DNA of 64,000 nucleotides from Neodothiora populina (taxonomy: Eukaryota), in NCBI RefSeq assembly GCF_041146345.1, contig NW_027191410.1, forward strand, positions 372,001 to 436,000. The letters are read 5' to 3'. The stretch's first letter is position 1. Each line of letters begins with the position of its first letter. The translations under genes were made by a program, and so were the position numbers. Positions 57,447 through 64,000 of the stretch are shown here, piece by piece. The notes below the pieces were generated by a model that was given only the letters and a program-made list of their open reading frames with translations, did not search any database and was not told the origin of the DNA.

Positions 57447-59468
57447 CTAATCACAAATCGTAGGTCTTCTTTTCAAACCTACAGCGTAGCGCACAAACAG
57501 TTCATTGATGAAATGCTCGTGCCTGATTCCCGGCGCTCTCTTTTCGGCAAACTCGTCGATGGCGTCCTGGACTTGGTAGCCTAGTCTTTCCACCATGTAA
57601 CATACGACGAAAAAGCCGGTCCTGTTGTAGCCTGCAATTCGTCAGTTTGATCGTCACTACCTTGGAAAACCACTATTAGTGCTCACCATAATGACAATGC
57701 GTGCCGATCGTGGCATCCTTGTTATCTTCTTCCTTGGCGATCTGCGCTCTAAGAGCATCGATGAGTGCAATATATGCTCGGACTTCATCGACTGTGGGCG
57801 GCAGTTTGCTGACAGTAGGAAACTTGTGATACTCAATCTGACCATCTTCCAGACCTTTGGGGTCGTAGACTGGACTTTCATGGCTGATATCGACGACCAT
57901 GCGTACACCCTGGGGAATATCGTTCTTTGCAGCCCATTTCTTGACAAAGACTGTAGGCGTGTGTTCCTCGTCAACTTCGCGCAGCGTCTTCATGCCTCTG
58001 AAGACGTTCGCTATGGGAGGGGACACTGGCTGCACTTTTTGCCACTTTTGTAGGTTTTTGACGTCCCATTTGCCTTCGGTCGTCAAGTGCTGGAGTTGCC
58101 AACCTAGGGAGAGACGGTGGTCGATGTGCGTGGCTAGGAAGGACTGAAGTAAACCCGAAAGAATACGGACTGTGGATGATTGGTAAGGTAAGGCGTGGGA
58201 TGCCGGTGCTGGGAAGACTGTTGTCTTTAGTACGAATACTGGTTTCCTTGCCGTTGGCTTTTCTGCTGTTTGGCGCGTTTCGGATAGAAGTTCAGATGAT
58301 GGTTTCTTGACTTTCACGTCGCCACTCGATCTCGTCTCTGGTCGCTCTCCTCCTGTAAAGTCTGCTGTGGGGATCTCACCTGCCGCAGCAGGTAGTGATG
58401 TGTTTGTAACAGTTGCTGCAACCGACGTTTTGGTGTGATGATCTAACCATTTGGAAATCATCTCAATATTTATTGGTGGGCAAACGTGATCTAATTCACC
58501 CGCGATCAGGAATAGAGGGACTTCAATGCCTGACCAGATAGTCTTCCCAGGCATGCCATCGTGGACGTTCCCGTTGTTAGAGTCCTGTGGCACAAGACCG
58601 GCTGCCATAGCAAAGAAGACGTCAGATTGACTCTGTTCGTTGAAGCGCAACTGTAGGCGCTTGGTCTCTTCGTCCGCGTCTTTGCCGGTATACCGTATGA
58701 CACTAGCACTTTCGACACCACCTCGCCTGTCGTACGCGCGAAATAGATCGAAAACAGGCAAAGGCATGTATTCCATTGCTAGTCTCTGGCCTAAGCCTAA
58801 GGTTGGGGCTTCCGCACGAGGACACAATGCAATGAACCCCGCGATATCGTGACCCATGAGGTGGTAGAGTGGCGAGGTTGATGATGCTAACATCGCAGCA
58901 AGTGAGCAACCCATGCTGTGGCCAATCAGGATTACTTTCTGCTCATTCTCGACATCCCTATGTTGTTGAATTGCCACCGCAAGGAGTCGCGCGAGTGCAG
59001 AGGTTCGATATGCCCCCAGATCCTTGGGCGCAAAATCGGAAAGACCACAGCCAGGCAGATCCATCGCTAGACATGGCGCTGCATTGATCAAACTCGTAAG
59101 TAGAGGACCGAATTGCGCGGCACCACCACCTAATCCATGAACGAAGACTAAAAGTGGCAGAGCCGTAGGCTTTGTTGGAAGTTTATCGGCCTGGATGTGA
59201 GGATGGTAAAAAGTCCGAATGGATGGATACTGAAAGCCTGCTGCGGAATAATTTTTCAAGGAAGAATGCTTCTTCAGTAATCCCGGATCAGTGGTAAATG
59301 CATCTACGTCGCAAGTCAGATCAAACATGTTATCCTGATGGGACTTCCACTCGAATGGCAAGATCCACTTGCGGGACTACAGGGTCAAGGCTCGTAAATG
59401 ATATGTAGTATACCACATATATACGGTGACACGATCAAAGGAAAGAAAATAGCGCAGATGCTAACCAT
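57447..59468 (-). CDS. Alpha/beta-hydrolase fused to a C-terminal cysteine phosphatase of the DUSP11/capping-enzyme triphosphatase type; introns 59377-59465 (probable) and 57632-57686
   Basis: Hydrolase motifs VFVHGLGG, MDLPGCGLS, GHSMG and GELDHVCP. The spliced P-loop reads HCHYG|YNRTGFF, followed by DEFAEKRAPGIRHEHFINELFVRY. Confidence 0.88.
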
Positions 59469-60399
59469 TTTTACCGTTGCCGCGGCTTCTCGCTCTCGAA
59501 AGGAAGAAGATTGGTACAAGTAAAGCGGTGACCCCTCCCAGCACCAGGAGTGTGGCCATGCCTTCGAGCCAAAGGTATGTATTGGCTCAATTGATTGCAA
59601 GGCCGCTGCGAGATTTAGTGCCTGTGAGGCGCGGCCACCTATAATCAGTGTACCATGTAATAAGAAGGGTGAGAGCCTCGCTCGGTATTGAACATCCGTG
59701 TAATCAGACGAATGATGCGATATCCTTCAAGGTTGCAGCCAATCGCTATAATGATTCAGATAAGATGGGTGCCAATCCTCCCACCAGGCAGTGGGGAGTG
59801 AAGCAGAAACCGCAACGCCGAGGGAGAATAACATGGAGAAGGCGGGATGACGGACCAATCAGCATCAATCACGAGGCACGACTATGCAAGCAACCAGATC
59901 GGTTGGTTGCATCGCATTGAAGTTTCAAATCTTCAACTTGGGACAGTGCATGACATTGAGGATTCTTGTCGGCATCGAGCGGTACTGCATACTGTACACT
60001 TGTCATACCATTGGCGGACAGTGCCTGCCGTGGTCAGATCGGTATGCTAATAGCATAGACGATGCAAGTCAAAAAGTCGGTAATTTGAGACAGTGTCCAG
60101 GTGGTATCGATCCGATATAGTCATTTCCACACGCGGAGATGGTCACTATTGTACCGATAGTTCCTAGGTCGTTTGGATGTCAGGATATTACAGCGTGGTA
60201 CTTTCGCGTACTCTAGGGCGTGCGAGGTCCATTCGAATTGTTTCAACACTCTTGATGTGCCTTACCATACCCATTTATGGTATGGCTTGGCAGTCAGGGT
60301 TTGGCTCGGCCAGAGCCGCAGGGCACATTGTTTCTTGTCAAATGAAGAAACAACTCATGGTCGAATATTTTCATATACTTGTCATTGCACTCAATTGAA

Positions 60400-61417
60400 A
60401 TGTCAATATTCCGATCGAAATTGTCAACCGCAATACCGGACATATTACTGCCTGGCCGAGTTTGTGGGCGGAAGGACAGATGGTCACATATATTCAGATC
60501 TACACGACACGCATCATCTCGATCAATTTATAGCGAGGCGGTACCGCTAACCCAGGACGTCACGCAAGATGACTTTCTGCATGTTCATACCAATGAACGA
60601 CGAAAGTTGACTCAAGAAGTGCAAGATCGACCAAGAGTGCGGTATGATGCACTTTGGGATAAGATTCATGATGGGCCATTCCAAGTTCAGACCGCTAGTG
60701 GCATGGCGAATTTTACAGTTGGCACTTATCGCGTAGCAATTCCAACAGAATTGAGACGACTTTGGAAACTCGATTCACTACCCAGAGAGCTGCAGCAAGT
60801 GCGCGTTAAATTTGACCTGGCGAATGGAGAACACGAACACAAGTGGGCGAAGAAAGCCACCGCGGCTGACGATGCATCCCGCTTGGGTATCATGGTACGA
60901 TTCAGGGATAACGAACCGACCTGGATACAGTCGAAGTCGACTTCAGCAGTAGCAGTAGGTAATGCATTTGGTAAGTTTGTGTCCAACCTTTGGATTCGCG
61001 TTGATTTGACCACTGATTCCTCTAGTTGATTGGAAGACTGGCAAGATTATAGATCCAAGCACACATAATTGGGGCGCGGATAGATTTCCTTTCTTAGGGG
61101 GTCTGGATGACTGTATATCTCTGGCCTCCTGGAAGCAATATTTCGGGCCAGAACGTGCCATGTCAACAAAACCGCTAGAGGCGAGATGGACTCTGACCAC
61201 TGCATTCTGGACATGCGTGGCTGATTTCAAACGGAATACCACAGACAGGCATTCATTGTGGGTTCTTGATCAGACAATCAAGCTATACGAAGAACTCGGC
61301 TTCATTCCGGGAGGTCTGATTTATCGGAGCCCCAAGACTGCAGTGAAACTTCGTTCGAAAGCGATGTCTGTTTTGTTGAGCTACAAAGAATCGCACCCAC
61401 ACCTCTTCAAGACCTGA
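60400..61417 (+). CDS. Hypothetical fungal protein; intron 60971-61025, and possibly another intron ending at 60555
   Basis: The intron GTAAGT...CTGAT...CTAG joins ORFs 60379-61029 and 61160-61417 in frame (AVGNAF-V-DWKTG). The 5' structure is uncertain. Confidence 0.6.
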
Positions 61418-61721
61418 GGAATATTCCCAGACTTGTCGTGGTCATGAGAATACAGAGCAAAGATCTGGCCTGAGGTCACATCAAGTAGGAACACTGTGTT
61501 CCGTCACCCTATGGAACATCACTTGGATCTTATCAATTCAGGCTATACTGGCACTTGCCGCTAAGCAGCAGCTCTTCCTCCTTTTCTGACAGCAGACCTC
61601 AACAGATCCGTCCAGAACACCAAAACAGATCCATCGTTTCATCAATACTTCTGCATTGCTGGAAATGTCAACGTAGCCAAGCAGAGTCTTGTCCAGAAAC
61701 AACATGACCAACAACCCGAAT

Positions 61722-63393
61722 CTACGCAGGCTTCCACTCATAATGATATTTGCCAGTCTCGGGCAAACCTTTCGGGTCTTCTCCCTTCTTGTCGTACATG
61801 TGTTTGCCGAAGTAGTCCAATTCGGCCTCATAGAAGCTCGTGGGCAAGTCGAGTCCCGTGCTGTACTTGATGTACTCAAGGGTGCTACTGAGCGCGGGTA
61901 TGACGTGGTCGTTCGCAACCCCTGAACTCACGATCTTCTTAAGAGCAGGGTGGCCCTTTCTAAGGTCTGCGGCGATCGAGGATTGGAAGAGAAGATTCAT
62001 GGTTTCTTGAGAACGGAAATCGGCGAATATGGGTTTGAGCAGAGATGCGATGTAGTCGGCTTGGATAATGCATCCGGCACTCCAGATCTGGAGGATTTGA
62101 TCGAAGTTAATGTTCCAGTGGTGTTCTCGATTTGCTTGATCGATGATGTTGATGCCCTGCACGTAAGCCGCTAAGCAAGCTGTGTATGTGGCCCGTCGCA
62201 AATCCTCCAGGAAAGCGGATCGGTCCTTTACCTCGAGTTTCTGAGCCGGGAAATCAGCTCCGAAGGTCTTCTGGGCGCGCTCACGTTGCCAGCGGTAAGC
62301 AGAGGCTAAACGCAGGTAATGTGCTGATGTCAAAGTTGGGGCGGGTACATGTGCTTTAACTGCTTGCTCGTTCGACCAGATGCCCGTCCCTTCTTCGCCT
62401 GAGATATCTTGGACTACCTTGTCTTCGACACTATCGAGGACGCGGGCACCAGATGAGTCTTTCGTGCGGCAGATATCTGCACCGATCCAAACGAGAAAGG
62501 TCCCTTGCTGCTCAGGGGTGATCATCAGTAATGCTCAATACTCTCAAAGAACGGATAATGTGGGCTGCGTACAAATTCACCCTCTTTGTTCCACTTCTCG
62601 AAAACATCGCCGATTTCGTCCTCGTCCATGCCTAGTCCATTAGTCATGATGCCCCAGGCCTCTGATATGGCACTCATCATGCCGTGCTCGATGCCGTTGT
62701 GTACCATTTTCACATAGTGGCCTGCACCACCAGATCCGGCTTTCCCAACACAAGCATTGCCATGCTTATCCTTGGCTGCCATCTTCTGGAGAAAGGGAAA
62801 GACGAGGTCAAGTGTCTCATCGTCAGCACCAGGGCACATGGAAGGGCCACTATAGAAGCATAGTCAATATTAGTCAATCACACCATCCTCTCAAGGTTCT
62901 GTCGTACCGTCTTGCAGCCTGGTATCCACCACTCACTCCACACCCTACATAACGAACACCACGAACGACACATTTGCCCTGTCTCCTCTCTGTATTCTCC
63001 CAGTGCTCATTACCACAATCAATGATGATATCGCCCTTATCGAGATAAGGCAGCAGGCCAGCAAGGACAGTATCTCCAACACTACCATGAGGCAGACTGA
63101 ACATGAAAACCTTTGGCGAGTCAAGGGATTCGCATAACGACTTGTAATCGGTATATTTGTGCATCTTCTTCGCCACATTGTCCTTTTCGGCTTGCTCTAT
63201 TATGGTATCCATTGCCTTCTCCGATGGATCCTGCAGTGAGACTTCGCAGCCTTTCTCGGCAGCGAGCAAGGCCATGCCGCCGCCCATGCTGCCGCAGCCT
63301 ATCATTGCGATCTGTGGTCTCGTAGTCAGCAGATATGATGTCTGTACTACTGTAGCTCTCGCTAACCTTTTTGATGTCAATAGGTGGCGCCAT
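61722..63393 (-). CDS. Divergent 6-phosphogluconate dehydrogenase-family paralogue; introns 63312-63366, 62850-62907, 62508-62572
   Basis: IAMIGCGSMG, IIIDCGNE, GCGVSGG, GPSMCPG, GAGHYVKMVHNGIEHG, EGTGIWS, IWSAGCII and DYFGKH. Confidence 0.92.
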
Positions 63394-64000
63394 AATGGAA
63401 AGGCGATACGCTCAAGTATATCACTTTCACACTTCTTGATGAGAATATGGTACAAAAGTCGGAAAAAGTAACTGAACCTGTCCACTCTCAAACTGCTGTG
63501 TTTATAGTAGGTACAGCTTCCTCAAACAAAAACAAGATTTATTGTATCCGGAACTGTTGACTTGATCGTGATACACGAATTAATACGTCGAAGGTGATGG
63601 CGATGTGATGTGACGTATCTGGGGTTACAAACGTCAGATCGACGCACAAGAAAGCTTCTTTCAAGGATGGCTCCACGGTCCCACCACGGCAGGCCTGCAA
63701 TAGTGATCAAGCTTTCGATGGAGAGCTTCATCTGTTTAGCTGACGACTTCACGATAAGAGAGATACGGTAAGGTAACATCTCTATTTTCTCACGCCGATT
63801 TAGACTTCAGATATCCACTTCCAAGCGCTTAAACACCATCAAGTAGCCATTTGCTGCGTCCGTAGGATTAGACAGGGTCCCCCTCTTGTGCGCGGCGTGG
63901 CGTACTACTATACCGCGCGTGGGTCCAGCCTTGATCGTATCAAAATCTAATCACATTGTTTCCCGTCCTTTACGCAGCGTAGATATTATTCCGAATCACA

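Noticed and set aside
1..64000. tRNA, rRNA, CRISPR arrays, intact transposons, RIP-affected AT-rich blocks, biosynthetic gene cluster
   Set aside because: No T-loop/cloverleaf, spaced repeats, transposase or RT motifs, strongly AT-rich tracts or PKS/NRPS genes were seen.

Overview
Gene-dense window from a filamentous ascomycete (Pezizomycotina). Introns are short GT-AG with CTRAC-type branch points; a Dothideomycete source is plausible but is only my inference. About 27 protein-coding loci can be built by hand. Recognisable genes: a partial PEBP gene, HTS1, VPS33, TAF2, a SAS4-domain gene, a GPI-anchored Cys-rich protein, YPT35, COQ6, a fumarate reductase-cytochrome b5 fusion, a PWWP chromatin protein, MDE1, CAP2, a flavin-only cellobiose-dehydrogenase-like enzyme, MPH1/FANCM, a GFA/CENP-V protein, GH76, Y14/RBM8A, ZNF207/BuGZ, RPS19, an alpha/beta-hydrolase fused to an RNA-triphosphatase-type phosphatase, and a divergent 6-phosphogluconate dehydrogenase paralogue. 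There are also several orphan genes and a kinase-like (APH) pseudogene. The most unusual feature is the ~3 kb gap at 34627-37652. It has no credible ORF but many nested base-paired helices, so it is a candidate large structured ncRNA of telomerase-RNA size, although I found no canonical TTAGGG template. I saw no tRNA, rRNA, CRISPR array or intact transposon. All calls were made by eye, without database searches.
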